This document shows positions 28,410-42,671 of a DNA stretch of 64,000 nucleotides, piece after piece. Where the stretch lies: assembly GCA_043228905.1 (NCBI GenBank), contig JBHGNT010000005.1:744001-808000 (forward strand). Reading direction: 5' to 3'. The position numbers and the translations under genes are program-made. How positions within the stretch are numbered: position 1 is the first letter of the stretch; the number at the start of each line of letters is the position of its first letter. A model generated the notes under the pieces. The model did not search any database. It saw nothing but the letters and a program-made list of their open reading frames with translations, and was not told the DNA's origin. Source of the DNA: Azolla caroliniana. Its lineage: Eukaryota; Plantae; Polypodiophyta.

Positions 28410-29939
28410 GTAATTTTGTTTTCGCTTTTTCTCCCTCTTTGAATCTGATCTTTTTTCACTATTTAAAAATATGCGAGCCTTTTGGACTAATGTATTCTTC
28501 ATTGGAGGAATTCATGACCTAGAGAGATCCTTTAATGCATGTATAAATGTATGTCTGTATGACTTTTCGTGCCTATAAACTTCTAAGAAAAACTTTTTGA
28601 GACTGTAAATATGGTTGCCCTCTTATTAATGTGATCTCTCTCTTATCTCCACAATTAAAAATTTGTTATGATAGCCATGATGTATATGAAACATGAGACA
28701 ATTGATCATATGATATGCCATGTATCTTCAACCATTGGTATATAGAGAAGTTTCTTGTCTCGCATTCATATTTTCCAATGGGTTGTGTTATGGTTATGAT
28801 GAATAATTATGCCCCTTCGTTCTAGAGGTTCTTGGCATGCAAGAATGATGTGAGTCTCATAACAAGATTCTGGTCAACACAATCGCATCTTACAGTGCAA
28901 TATGGAATCACAAAGAGCTGTGATTGGCAGAGTATAGTTGCCCAAAGTCATCTAATTCACTAAACGGTTATATGCACAATGCTAAAAAGTGATCGATAGG
29001 AAAAGCTTCAGGAAATTGCTAGTCTATCATTGGTGGTGTGCGTTTCCTGCTTGTCCACAATGTGAATTTGTTGAGCCTCAACAAGTTTAACAGAAGCTGC
29101 AAGATAATTTTATTGCGCCAGGCTGGAAAGGATATGTATGACAAAAAAATGTTTAAGAGATCCAATTACTTTATTCTGGAAGGCCATATGTTAATTTAAA
29201 TTAAGAAAATAGAGATTACAAATTGTACTTGTATTATGGTAAAATCATGTAAATATATAAAAGATTATTTGTTGGGGCCCAGTTCATTGTGATTTTTATG
29301 ATAATATCTTGATGTCATTGGATGTAATAATCTCTGCTATTGGAGCAATGGTTCTCTAGCATTCATTGGTAACAAGAATTGGAAATTATGCAATGTAGTA
29401 GTAGACTATTGATTCTTTTATGGTCTTAGTTTGACATTGCGTTTTAATATACTATGGAAATGACTTATGAACAACAAATACTTTGAGGGTTAGCGCATCT
29501 TTCTTTGGTATTGGATGAGTCATTGTGCGTTTTACTAAAATTATAGTAAAATCAAATTGTGAGTGCTTATTTTAATGAACATAACATTAGACCAATGGAT
29601 TTAGACTTGAATTTGGACGTGTGGCCACTACATTGTTGTATCCACGTTTTTTAACTTTTAATTATTCTAGTAAAGGTATTGTTTTCACATTGTGCTTGAG
29701 CATCTTATCTATTGTTCTATTCATCTTGCTATGAACTCTTTGAAACCAAGTGAAGAAGTTGAAACCACGTGAATATTTATATTATTGCTTGAGGAAGGGG
29801 TAGTAAAACAAAAGGATGACTTGATATAGTCCTATGTAAAAATCTATTTAATCGCAAAACTTGCAATTGTGTAGCATTACATCAATTTCTTTCTTTATTT
29901 TGTTATACTTCGAAAGGCGTTTTAATACAATTGCAAAGC

Positions 29940-31840
29940 TCATTTGGGGCTCTCTGCAACATTTGATGCAACTTGCAACATTGAAGCTTGGATGAGTTTT
30001 CGAGAGGTTAACCTATGAACTTGACACAATTCTTGCAAACCAACACCTGATATGTTCAAAAATTATTGGAGTAAGGCATTTAACCAACATAATCCACATG
30101 CATAACAATGATGGTTTTCCTAGGAATATACATATGAAAAACGTAAAATGTTCCTCTAGAAGATTCAAGTCTTACCCTCTCCACTTGCAAGGTTGGTGAA
30201 AATTTCAACCACATTAAGGCATTCCTCTAAGCAAGAATTGCCGCATATGGATCTTTGGAGTTCATGCTCTCCTAAGAAATCAGATGAAAGACCCACTGAC
30301 ATTCTATTCAATCCACATGCTTGAATGCATTTGTTATCCTCGATCCATGAACGAAAGCTATCCGTTACAATCTTTGAGGTCTGCAATGAGATCAAAAAAT
30401 TATAACATGAACCATCTAACATTGGCCATTTAGATGGTCAAAAAGAGCGTGGTGTGATATTGCGTTGTATTCTATAGATAAATACATGAACACAAATATG
30501 AATTATTAAAGTATTTCTCATTCAAATACTTTAAGCATTCAAAGTTAAAGCTAAGTATATGTAGGAAAATACAAGAGCACAATATAGGGTTTGATAACAT
30601 CAAAGAAATTGTGTACATATAGATCCCCTCTAAGTTTAGGCTCATATTTAGCTTGCCTTTGTGGCATCTTTTGCCACATGAAAGCCTAAACGCTAACCAA
30701 CTCATACATACATCTACCATGTAGCAATGGAATGACAAGAGAAGTTGACAATACAAACACATCCACAAGTTGAGATGCAATATTATTAACATGATTGCAA
30801 CTCTAAAAAGACTTTGTTTTTGAAACAAACCATGTCATTGTACTAAAATTTAACGATGATTGTCCTCTAGAGGTCACTAACACGCTGAGAATGAGATGGG
30901 GAGAGGGTTGTGTGCACACAATATGCCATAAAAACTAACAGACATAACGTACATCAACAATATCTGATTGACCAATAATGAGATGGAAAATTTCGACTGA
31001 CATTTGAAGTGAAGGAAAAAAGCAGTAAGTGGTACGCGAAACAAACCTTTTTAATATCCGAGAATGGTATGCATATAATTATGGGTAACTCTCCCTTAAC
31101 AAATTTACCTGGCATTCTAATTGTATGGTGCCATCCTTCAGAATGCTGGTCTCGAGGACACATCGTCTCCCTGTGTGTGAAACCGCGAATGCACAATTGT
31201 CTAGGGGCAGCTCCTCACATTCGAAATCCACTGTGGTGTAAAAAGTTTCAGGAAATTAACAAATCAGATGCCGACATTATGATTAGACTGATTCTTGCTT
31301 ACTAAGTTCACACACTAAGTATGAAACAGAAGGTACAACCTTATGTTTTGCGTTTAAGACCTTAAGTTCAAAGATGATGGATGTCTTAGAAACAACAAAT
31401 TCGCTTGTTCTTAAGTTTTGAGGAGAGTGTGTGTGTGTGTGTATGTATATCAAATCTTAGGGGAATAATTAATTGGGTTTATAAGAATGACGGATTTCTC
31501 GATGTTAGGGTTGTAATCTTCATTAACTAGGATTTTCCAAATGTGTTTTTTTTTTGGGGTTCTTCATTCTCATTAACTGCATTTTAGATGTTTGGGATTA
31601 ACGAACTCGCTACTTGCTGTTAATAATGTTTATGGGGTTTTTTATTTAAGTAGTGTTTAGGTTTCTCATTAGATTTTGGCTAATTGGATTTTCATTTACT
31701 CAAATTCCTTCTTCTTTTTTCCAAAAGGAAAGGAGGAGGTCTGACTTACCAGCGGATATTGCAATGCCGAGAGGAAACATGGCGATGGAAAGGGTGAGGA
31801 AGATTGCAGGGAGCATAGTTAGTGTGGATTGGGGCGCCAT
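29940..31840 (-). CDS. PAR1: PAR1-family (photoassimilate-responsive) secreted Cys-rich protein, 174 aa, 4 exons
   Basis: complement(join(29940-30046, 30176-30380, 31109-31230, 31750-31840)) = 525 nt, all introns GT-AG. Translation: signal peptide MAPQSTLTMLPAIFLTLSIAMFPLGIAISA, then FECEELPLDNCAFAVSHTGRRCVLE...ECQTSKI...WIEDNKCIQACGLNRMSVGLSSD...CGNSCLEECLNVVEIFTNLASGEGVGLQELC, which matches the PAR1 cysteine pattern. Confidence 0.9.
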
Positions 31841-34800
31841 AACGATGTATGTAGCAGCAAGTAGTATAATTACAGTAACAGAGAGGAGGGAAGGAAGGGG
31901 GAAGGAGAGATGGACTAGGGAATTATCAGAGAAATGTATTGTATATATAGATATAGATAGAGAGAGAGAGAGATATGAGAGATGTTGGATTAGTGTGAGA
32001 AGTGAAGGATGATGGAATAGGAAGGGAGGGATTAAGGACGTGATGATTAGGGCGGCAGGGTGATTAAAGGAAGGTGTGATAGATGATTAGGGGTTGGGGG
32101 TGGTGATTAAGGAAGAGATTTTGATTAAATGAATGGGAGTCGGACAGAGTGAGAGAGAAGAGGGGGAGGGGGGGCTTTTAAATTATGAGTTTTTGAAATG
32201 TATCTATCTGTGGATAGAATAGAAGAAGAAGAATTGAAATAAAGAGGTACCGGCCGGCCGGCGGGCCGGCGGAAGAAGAAGAAGAAGAAGAAAGAGATGA
32301 GTCAGTCGGTTGCCCTGTCTCTTCCTCTTCTTCTTCTTCTTCTTCTTCCCTCTTCTTCCCAATCAAATGTTTTCTTTTCTCTTTTAATACATAATAATAC
32401 ATAATAATACATAAGCAACTCCTCCTCCATTTTCCTCTTATGTTATAACTTATATATATATATTCCCTTCCAATTTCTCATTTCAATCTCCATGCCATTG
32501 AGTTCCTTCCATCACCATCAACTCTCGCCCATCGTCACAATGCCTTCTTGTTTGGTTATCTCTTCTCTTTGTTTTCTCAGGTCGGGTTGGGTAGGTTGGG
32601 GTGGCCCCTTCTTGGGCATGATACGAATCACGCCCACTAAACTTGCTTGAAAAGCCACGAAGGTTATTAACTTAAACCACATTTGCACAACAAAAGCACT
32701 AACTATTTCGCATTCTAAGACACAAACGCCTCTTACGTAACCCACATTCCAGAAACAAAACAACAAGTGCAAATTGTCATGTCTTACATGGCACACATCT
32801 ACGTATGTAATGCCAAACATCTTCATTCGATGACATTTTTTATTCACTTTCGTTGGCTTTGATAGCAAGTGATAAACTCATTGGTTAAAGCATGCTGCTT
32901 TTTGAATTGGGGACCATTTATTGCACTTTGTCCCAATCACAACCACTATGGGTGTAAAGCCAAAAGGTTAAGCTACTTTGTCTAACAAGACAACTACGTC
33001 CTAATCCCCGACCCGATAAAACAAAACAAAATCCAAGAGTCTATCCCACACATGCATAACTACTCACATCCCAACTTTCACACAACTTTGCTTTCGAATT
33101 AGCATTTACTGTAGCTAGCTAGGCACGTCCCACAAATGTATTTGCTATCAAATGATGAAAACGTGGATTACATTAGTTCAATATTAGAAGTGATTCACTC
33201 TGTTAACCAAACAATTGAAACCTGAATGAAACAAAATAAGTTGGGTTTTGCACACAATTCTCATTTTGTACTTGTAAAAAACTTGGTGTTGGGAGGCACA
33301 CAATCCTTACTTTGTACCCACAAAATTATGGTCAAGGCCTTGTATTTTGAACCAAATTGCCTTACAACTCATGGCATGTTAGACAACTAGGTTAAGATGT
33401 CTTATTTGTTGGAGGTTTGGGTAGATTTATATGCGTTAGAGCACATTCGTGAGAGTTATGTGGGTTTGATGTTCCATCTCTATCTATGGCAGCAACCCAA
33501 TACAAAAGATTATGGCAAGTGTTGGATCTATATATTCTCAAGAAGAAGCTTTGACATTTTATTTAGTTTATCATTTCATGATACTTTAGTTTATAAGTTC
33601 TCACTGCAAACAAATAACATATCCTAGGCCAAACAATTTGGATTGATGCATAATATTAATTTGTTCTGAAGCTTCCTAACATAAAAATTATTTTACCATT
33701 TTCGCATTATTGTACAAATGGTATTAGAGTAATGTTACGCCCATACACATGCTAACTTGATAACCACCAAGTTCCTCCCAAATAGAGTTGGTACAAGAGG
33801 ATTCAACTATAGGAGAAAGTTGGAAGAAGTTGCCAGTGCAACAATAGTAGAGTGGATATTGGTTAGTACAATTGTTTGGTGAGTTTTGCAAGAATTGCAA
33901 GCCTCAAAATGCAACACACTAAAAAAGGAAGATAGGAAACTTATGAAAAGTTGAGAGAAAACCAATAAATAGCATCCAACAAAGTGAGGAAACCACCTAG
34001 GTGTGTAAAGAAGGAGCCAATATAGATCGACACTAAGAAGTTGGACAATGGTAAGGTCTCTATATGGAAGTGATGAATAACCAACTTAACTAGGAATGCA
34101 CAAAAGGGGATTAATTCGAATATCTATTAGAGCCACTAAGGATCTCCGCGATGTTTCGTCAAGGCAAGGCCTAAAAGGAGTGGATACAAAGCTACAACTT
34201 TTTACTTAGTGATTATCCATGAATATATCAAATTCAATGACTTGACACACATATAGATCACACAAATGCTAAAGAGCATGTGAGATAATTAGTCAATCAA
34301 TTGGCCACAAACACGAGAGCAAGAAAACTTCATGCAAAATGAGCTACATATAAACAAGAAGGGAAGAATATGAATCGATGAGCATGCATTGAAGATCAAG
34401 AGCATTTTCGAGTCACTGACATCCATTGATGCAAAAAGTTGGATTATAAAGATCGCATGAGATCACCAACTCGTCAATATTACCGCCATAAGTTGATAAG
34501 CATCCCATAGCATTCCTTAGCATATAGAATGTTAACCATTTACCACAGGATTGAATGAATGGGAATTGAAAGTTTTGGAGTTGGTAGGGTGGCAATTATT
34601 GTTGAGAGAGACATGTGACGAGTTTGCATAACTATTATAATTGTCTGTCAAAGGAGGGACACATCCAACCAAATCCCTAGACCGAATCTAAGAAAATAGT
34701 AATGATAAATAACCCATGTGAACTTAATTGAATTAGAAATAGAACCAACAATGGTGCTACATGTACCAACATAGAAACAAGGTTTTGAGAATAATGTGTG

Positions 34801-36339
34801 GGTAGAGCTAAAGAATAAGCATGTAAATGAGTCTCTCAAATATGCTACTAGAATGTAGAGCAATAATTCTAACTAATGACTTATTGAAGTTAATATGACA
34901 CTCTAATAAACAATGGTAGAGCATGTTATAGATGCAATGATTGACCTAATAGAGGCAAATCCAAAGGATAGATCTGAACTACAACCACATATACACAAGT
35001 ATCTTGGCAATATTTGGTTGTCGCCCTAATAGTGTACATGTCACAACTCACAACCCAATGTCCACATTGGTGTAAACTTGATAGATTGTTGAATTACATG
35101 TCTAACCATAGACAACAAGGGACATCGTCTCCAACGAATACCACTCCCATTTTTCGATGGCTTGTCATCCTTAGTGACTAATCATAATGACTATAGTCAA
35201 ACATAACTTATTGTTGATTCCCTTCTTTGATGAGAGTTATCATTTCATTGGATGAGTAACATGTTGCTCCTTGTGAGTGTGCACGAGAAAGCAAAATCTT
35301 GATTAGAAAAAATAGTGCACGCCGCTAGATTTCATCTTGTAAAAAATAGTGCATGCCTAAGATGTAAATTGCATTGGTTGTTTTTATCGATCTTAGGCCA
35401 AACATAACTCTTCCAAATGCATATTTACTTTATGCCATTGTGTTTGTAGTGGCCAATGATACTTGAGCCTAAGACCTTTAGGTGAAGACCATAAGCAACT
35501 TTCTAGTATCATTGTTGGAAACATGTATAACAGAAATAAGATGTCTGACTTATCATGAAAAACATGGCAGGAAGTTCCTTATTTGTACTTGAAACCTACA
35601 TCCATCGACACAAATTTCCTTTCAACATAGACAGTGATATGCAATTTTCATAGATAGAAGAGGTGATAGACCCTAATAAGAAAAGGTGTTCCCTGTAATA
35701 CCCCTTTAGTGTTCCCTAACATTTTTGCTACATCATTATAGCAACTTCACCTTTCTTTGCATATATCTATTTCTTAATCACTCATATACTGAAATTGTTT
35801 ATGGTAAAATCAGTGTAGGAAACTCACAAAATTGGATGGATGGCTCTATGGGGCTTTTTGCACCACTCCATCACACTTAATAGAGAGCATTCCATTACAT
35901 GCGTATCTTTTGGATTTAAGGAAGATTTATTATCATGCACGATAATGCTCGTAAGTCATTCTTTCGTTGTCAATACTGTAAATGAGGAATAATGACTCGC
36001 TTAATGAAATGATGAAGCTCCTGCTCTAATCTCATAAATTACAAAAAACCCATGTATTCTCATCGATGGAGCTCTTTTGATTTACTACAATTGGATCATA
36101 TATGACATATATATTTATTGAGAATTGAGTGTTTATTTGATCTTCAAGGTTTGACATACATGATTATGATTGGCATCCTTGCTTTCCAAACATAACTTGG
36201 CAGTCCAGTTTCCAACAAAAATACATCACAAAAAGAATCTCATTACTCTTAAAAAAGCTTGTGTGCTTTAATGTCACATTCGATTAAGGCACTCAATTTG
36301 TGGGTGTCATTTCGAATCCCAGACATGAAAACATCAAGC

Positions 36340-38827
36340 TTACGGACTACTCACATGGAAGAAGTGGCCTCAGAATATATACATCATTCACATACTTTGT
36401 AACACATTGTGCGAAACTCGAATACAACAAAACATGTAACATACCAAAGTCTTGATACAGTCTGACAATCATAACCTCAGAAACAAGCAACTTTATCATC
36501 ATCAATAGCACGACGAATTAACATATTATTTGTTGGGGAAGAAAAATGAATCTCTGAAAAAAAAATTGTGACTATACATAGTTACAATTTGAACAGGAAA
36601 AATTTGTCATAGTTAAGCCATCAACACTCGGGGAAGAAACCAACCTTCATAGGCTGCATTCTTACTGATGATTCAGGTTCCCATGGTGATGATTCCTCAC
36701 CAAGCCTTTTCATGGTGATCCACCAATGCTTCATCATCACCTACACTATCGCTAAACTTAACCTTTCTCCAATCACATACCTTGAATGCTATTTCCATAG
36801 CTTGTGATACGTACTTGTAAGATGTTGACATACTCTCACACCCTGATATACATGTGAAAGCTTTGATCATCTTGCATATCAGCAATGACACGGGACTCTG
36901 GTGGCATTGTGTCAGGAGATTGGAGTTCTCTCAGTGATTCTTGAGACTTGTGCTTCTCCATTTGAATAATGCAAAAAAAGCAATTACCTGTTGCCAGTCC
37001 ACGACACTTTAGAGCTAATCCCAAAGGCAATCCTCCAATCAAAACTCTCCAAATGAAGACCTTTGCTACAAGTGGCAATTTAGAATGCCAACTACGTTGT
37101 AAGATTTGCCACCACCCATGATCAGATTTGTGTAATCTCTATTCTTCTTCAACCTTAGATAATAACCATCCAAGAGACTCAACAGAGCAATGATACAAAA
37201 GATTAGTAGTCACTTGTAACAATGGTGTTTGACCCCTTAAACTCCAATCAATCCACGGTTGTTCTCTTGTTTGTAGAGGTAAGGGACCTTGCATCAATGC
37301 AATATTCTGTAGTTGTTGCCAAATAAACCCATAATTAGGCAGGATGCATAATACTTGTCGTGCTTCAGTAAACTCCAAATTCTTTGAGATGGAGCCTCAA
37401 CTATATCTCCCACCTCTTTGACCCCCAAACAAAACAAACGATTAAATTGAGAATGCAATCTCTCCTTTCCTGGCCAACATAATAACCGAGAAGACACAAG
37501 TAACTCTTTTTGCAAAAAGTTACAATGCTCTCTACTAGATGATGGTTTTCATACACATAACAAGAGTGCTTCTTGCCATGAGGTAACTAAGTGTTGAACA
37601 CATGAAGAACCCGGAATCCTAAGTGAAATACATCCATTCAGTAATTGCCACCATGAAGCCTTAATCGTTGTCCTCCCATGCGTTAAACCCTTGTTCTCAA
37701 TGAAATATCGAACAATAGATATCCATGGTTGTGAGTTTGAACACATGTCTTGTAATAATGAAAATCTACGAGCCATCATATGCATAGATAAGTTCAATAT
37801 TCCAACCCCCCCCCAATCGCTTAGGGGTTGTTAGATGATTCCAAGCAATCCATGTGATTCCCATCTTATCCCTCTTCTTCCACAACAAATATCGAAGAGG
37901 TTGCAAAATAGAATTCAACGCCTTCTTTGTCCACGGCAATAATGGCAAGTAATATAATATCATGGGTTCCATAATACATTGTACAACCTTCAAGCGAACA
38001 TGAAATGGCCAAGATTGTGACTTCCAATACATGAACTTATCCCTCAACTTACTAGACATCCATTCAATCAATTGACCATTTGTAACATTCATTCCTAATG
38101 GATAGCCCAAGTGTCGAAAAATAGAGCCTTTCTTCACCACGGATCCTTGCCATCCTAAACATTCCAAATCCCTTTCAGTGCATGATATGAGACTAGACTT
38201 CCTCCAATTAATATGTAATCCGGAAGCCAATGCAAACTGATTCCATACAAGCATCCCCTTCTCAAGATTCTCCTGTGAGGCTTGTAAAAACATGAAAGAA
38301 TCATCCGCCAAAGCTTGTGCCACTATTTGCCCTCCGGACGGATGGTGTAAACCCACAATGTCACCATTTATTGCAAGTCTTGATAGCATCACTAGTCATC
38401 GCTCGATCACTTCCTTTTCCACTAAGTGAAGTATGAGTAACAATAGCAAACAACAATGGGCTAAGAGGGCATCCTTGACAAACGGATCTTGTGAGGGCAA
38501 TATCTGATGTAACTCCCCCATTAAGCATTACTCGAGACATTGCATCTTGTCCTAATAAAAATATTAGGCGAGACATACGAGGTCCAAAGCCCATTGTATG
38601 CATTAACCCAAAAACAAAAGTCTACCAATTAACATGATCATAAGCTTTCTCCAAATCTAATTGCACCATAATCAATTCTTGATGAGTGTTCCGAGCATAA
38701 TCCATGGCAATTTGAACATTCAACACATTATGTAATATATTTCTACCTACAATAAAACCATATTGGGCGGGGTTTATCAACTTTGGCAAATACTTTTGTA
38801 ATCTATTTGCCAAGACCTTCGTAAAGA
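36340..38827 (-). mobile_element. L1-type LINE, 3' portion (RT through zf-RVT and 3' UTR), degenerate
   Basis: TKVLANRLQKYLPKLINPAQYGFIVGRNI..LDLEKAYDHV..QGCPLSPLLF..ALADDS..FRHLGYPL..WNHLTTPKRLGG..KVFIWRVLIGGLP. Many stops and frameshifts. Left boundary approximate. Confidence 0.9.
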
Positions 38828-41800
38828 CTCAACTAAATACAAGGTGGGAGGAGGGTGCTTTACATAGTCACCCTCTCTCTTCATTACCTACAAGACTCAT
38901 GGAGCATTGGGAATGTGAAATCTCATAAGTTATGTGTCATAGAATATGATTCTATGACTCATACTAAATGCTAGAATACAAAGAGGTGACATAATGGTGA
39001 CTCTTGACTGTTGGAGTGTCTATTCACTATCAAGGTGAGTTCACACACTAGACCAAGTTGAGCTTGATTCTCAACACGCCCCCTCAAGCTCAAGTCGGGT
39101 CGGTGCAGAATCCGTGCTCTAGCTTGCGTTGTGCGTAGTTGCGAAGTCCGTGCTTCGGCTTGCGTCTTTCTTCGCGGCTTTGCGTGGTAGATCGGCTCTT
39201 CGCGGCTTCGTTGCGTGGTTGCGTAATCCACGCATTCTTGTGTAGTGTGTGCGGCTTGCGGAATCCACGCGTTATTGCGTAATATCTTCAATACTCCGCC
39301 TCAAGCTTGGCAGGTCAGGGATCGTCAATCCAAGATCGGTCATGAATTGCCACAGCTTGTCGGCTCCTAAGGCTTTAGTGAAGATGTTGGCCGTTTGAAG
39401 ATTTGTGCTAATGTGTTGTAGGTCGACATCGTCAGCTAGAACGCGCTCTCGGATGAAGTGATAATGCACTTCGATGTGCTTTGTCCGCGCGTGGAAAACC
39501 GGGTTCCGAGCCAGATAAATACTGCTCATGTTGTCGCAGTAAAGGGAAGTCGGATCCTTGATGGGTACGCCCAGATCCTTCAAAATCCTCTTGAGCCATA
39601 CGGCTTCATACGCAGCTACAACTGCGCCCCTATATTCCGCCTCCGTACTCGAAAGAGCGACGGTAGGCTGCTTCTTGCTACTCCAGGATATTGCTCTGCT
39701 GCCGAGGGAGAAAACAAATCCGGAGGTTGATCTTCTATCGGCTTTGTAGCCGGCCCAATCGGCATTTGTGTACACCTCGAGGCGTATTGGCATCGCGGTC
39801 GTGTAGAGGATGCCGCAATCCATTGTGCCGCTCACGTACCGTAGAACTCGCTTAGCGCAATCCAAGTGAGTATCACGCGGTGTTTGCATGAATTGACTAA
39901 GGAGATCGACTGGATAACTGAGATCGGGTCGAGTGATTGTGAGGTAGATGAGACTCTCGATGAGTTGTCGATACTGAGTTGGCTCACACGCTTTGGTGCC
40001 AGAGTTCGCATCTAGTTTGAGATTACGATTGAGTGGGGTTGCCACGGATTTGCACTTAGCCATACCGAACTTGTATAACAAGTTGAGGATGTAGTGCCGT
40101 TGAGAAATCATGATTCCGGCCGGAGTCCGAATTACCTCGATGCCGAGGAAGTAGTGGAGTTCCTTCATGTCCGTCATCTCGAACTTGTCGGAAAGGAGGG
40201 ATTTGACCTTATTGATTTCGACGAGATGCTCACCTCCAATGACTAGGTCATCCACATATAAGATGATGACGATCAGACTTGCGGAATCGCTTTGTATGTA
40301 GAGGGAGTTGCCCGATTTTGACATACGGAAGCCGATTTGATGAAGATATTGCGTTATCTTCGAATGCCAAGCACGTGGTGCTTGCTTGAGGCCGTAGAGT
40401 GGCTTCTTGAGTCGGCATATAGCATTCGGATGGGTGCTCGAGTTGAAGCCGGGTGGTTGTATCATGTTAACCTCCTCTTCTAATTCGCCTTGTAGAAAGG
40501 CGTTCTTGACGTCCATTTGATGGAGGTGCCACCCTTTCGCCGTGGCAAGCGCAATTACGGTTCGCACCGTTGTCATCTTTGCCACCGGGGCAAAGGTCTC
40601 CTCGTAGTCAACTCCGTGCGTTTGGGCATAGTCTTTCGCTACGAGTCGTGCTTTGTAGCAGTTGACGGAACCGTCGACGTTGTACTTCACTTTGTAAATC
40701 CATCTACATCTGATCGCCTTTTTGTGTGGTGAGGTGGGAACGAGATCCCATGTCTCGTTCTTGCGTAGTGCCTGCATCTCCTCGTTCATGGCTTCGATCC
40801 ATCGCGGATCCTTGGCTGCTTCGGAAAAGGTTTCTGGCTCCCGTACTGTTGCTACCTTCATCATAAAGGCGTAATGGTACGCCATATAATCGTTGTAGCC
40901 GAATCGGCTTACGGGGTTCTTTTCACGAGTGGATCGGCGGAGCTTTTCATTTGCAGAGATGAGGGCTTTCTTAGCTCTGATTGGTACATCGAAGCCGGCG
41001 AACTCACTGACGAGTGAGTGAGTCGATTCATCGTCGTCGAAGCGATCGTCTTCATATTCCGCCATTTTCGCCTTGCCTTTTTCCATCTTCGGGCTAGGCC
41101 GTGATGTGCTTTGATTGCTCAAAGGCTCTTGTGGTCCACTCAGTCGAGTCGTGATCGAACTTTCTTCGATCATGCGCGTAGGGCGATCTTCATCCTTGAT
41201 CTCTTGTTCGGCAGATTCCGGCTTGAGCGGAGTCGGAGGCGAAGTTATCTCTGGTGCATACCAGGATGCAGACTCGTCAAAAACGACATCTCGACTTACT
41301 CGAGATTTTCAAGTTGAGGGGTTGTAGCACTTGTACCCCTTTTGTTCGAGTGAGTATCCTAGGAGGATACATTTATCCGACTTCAGGTCAGGCTTTTGAC
41401 GCTTCTCGTCGGGGATGTGCACATACGCTATCGCGCCGAATATCCAGGAGTGCGATAAGTCCGGCTTCTTTTCAAAGTATTTTTCGTGCGGAGTGACCTC
41501 GTGCACGCCGGATGTTGTGCACCGGTTCATTCGGTAGACGACCGTATTTGCAGCTTCGGCCCAATATGACTTGGGCATATGCTTCTCGTTCATCATAGCC
41601 CGTGCTACTTTGAGGATGTGTCGATTTTTGCGCACGGCTACCCCGTTTTGTTGCGGAGTGTGTCGGCAAGTGAATTATCGCCGAATTCCTTCCTTTTGGA
41701 GATACGCCGTGAAATCGTCCGAGAAGTGCTCCTTGCCGCCATCCGATCGAAGGCAACGTACATGTCGGCCCATGGCTTTCTCGACTTCATTCTTGAATGT

Positions 41801-42671
41801 TTGGAAGTGTCCAAACACTTCGCTCTTTTGCCGCATCAGGTAGATCCAAGTGTTCCTAGAGAAGTCGTTGATGAAGAGCACGTAATATCAGCATCCGCCG
41901 AATGTGTCTACACCAGACCCATATGTCGGAATGGACTACGTCGAGTAGACCTTTGCTCACGTTCCGCTCTTTCGGGAATGGGTGTTGGTGTTGCTTGCCG
42001 AATTGGCACACTTTGCATACACCTTCAATCTCTTTTTCTTTGAATGTCGGGAGTCTGATGACGACTCCTTTCGATTTCATTGCTTTGAGTTTGTTGAGAT
42101 TGATGTGGCCGATTCGCTTGTGCCACAACTCTATGTCGGAGTCGGCTTTCATGCCCTTTGCGAACATGGCCGATTTCATCTCATGTGGGTCGAGAATGAA
42201 CATTCGGCCCTCTCTTCGTCTGCGTGCGATGAGTCGGCCCTCTTTTTCGATGAAGCAACCGCCTTGATTAAATCGAACTTGCATCCCTTGCTCTACAATT
42301 TGGCCGACGGAAACCAAATTCTTCGTAATGGTCGGTACATGCAAGACATTTTTAATGTAATTTTGCTTACCTTCTTTTCCGAACGGAACATTGCCAATGT
42401 GCCGAATCGGGTGCATAGTGTCATCTTTGGTTTCGACATAACCGGGTTGCTCTGGCTCTTGAAGTTCGAGAAACTATTCTTTATGAGATGTCATATGGTT
42501 TGAGGCTCCGGAGTCAACAAACCATACGTCCTTTGGATTGAGGGCACTAGTTGAGGTAGAGGCCGACATAGAGTTTGCTCTATGTTTCATCATGAACATT
42601 TTGCCACGGTCGGAGTTGTATGCGTTGTCGTGCCTTTCGGCTCCGGATTGTTGCGTGAGTCGGGTGGGAAC
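38828..42671 (-). mobile_element. Ty1/Copia element A, 5'-truncated (protease-integrase-RT-RNaseH plus partial 3' LTR 38828-39076)
   Basis: DVWFVDSGASNHMT protease (~42490-42530); LWHKRIGH GAG-pre-integrase; LRSDGGKE integrase; YKARLVAK, LHQMDVKNAFL and LYVDDL RT; ADWAG and RTKHIEVHYHFIRE RNase H. PPT (minus strand gagggggcg) precedes the LTR start TGTTGAGA at 39076. Confidence 0.95.

Noticed and set aside
30472-30828. ORF containing SCGKRC as PAR1 exon 2
   Set aside because: Exon 31109-31230 gives the full CEELP..CAFAVS.TGRRCVLE motif with correct splice phases; this ORF is intronic.
32400-36300. Genes or classifiable transposons in the intergenic stretch
   Set aside because: It looks like decayed repeat DNA, but I could read no diagnostic motif.
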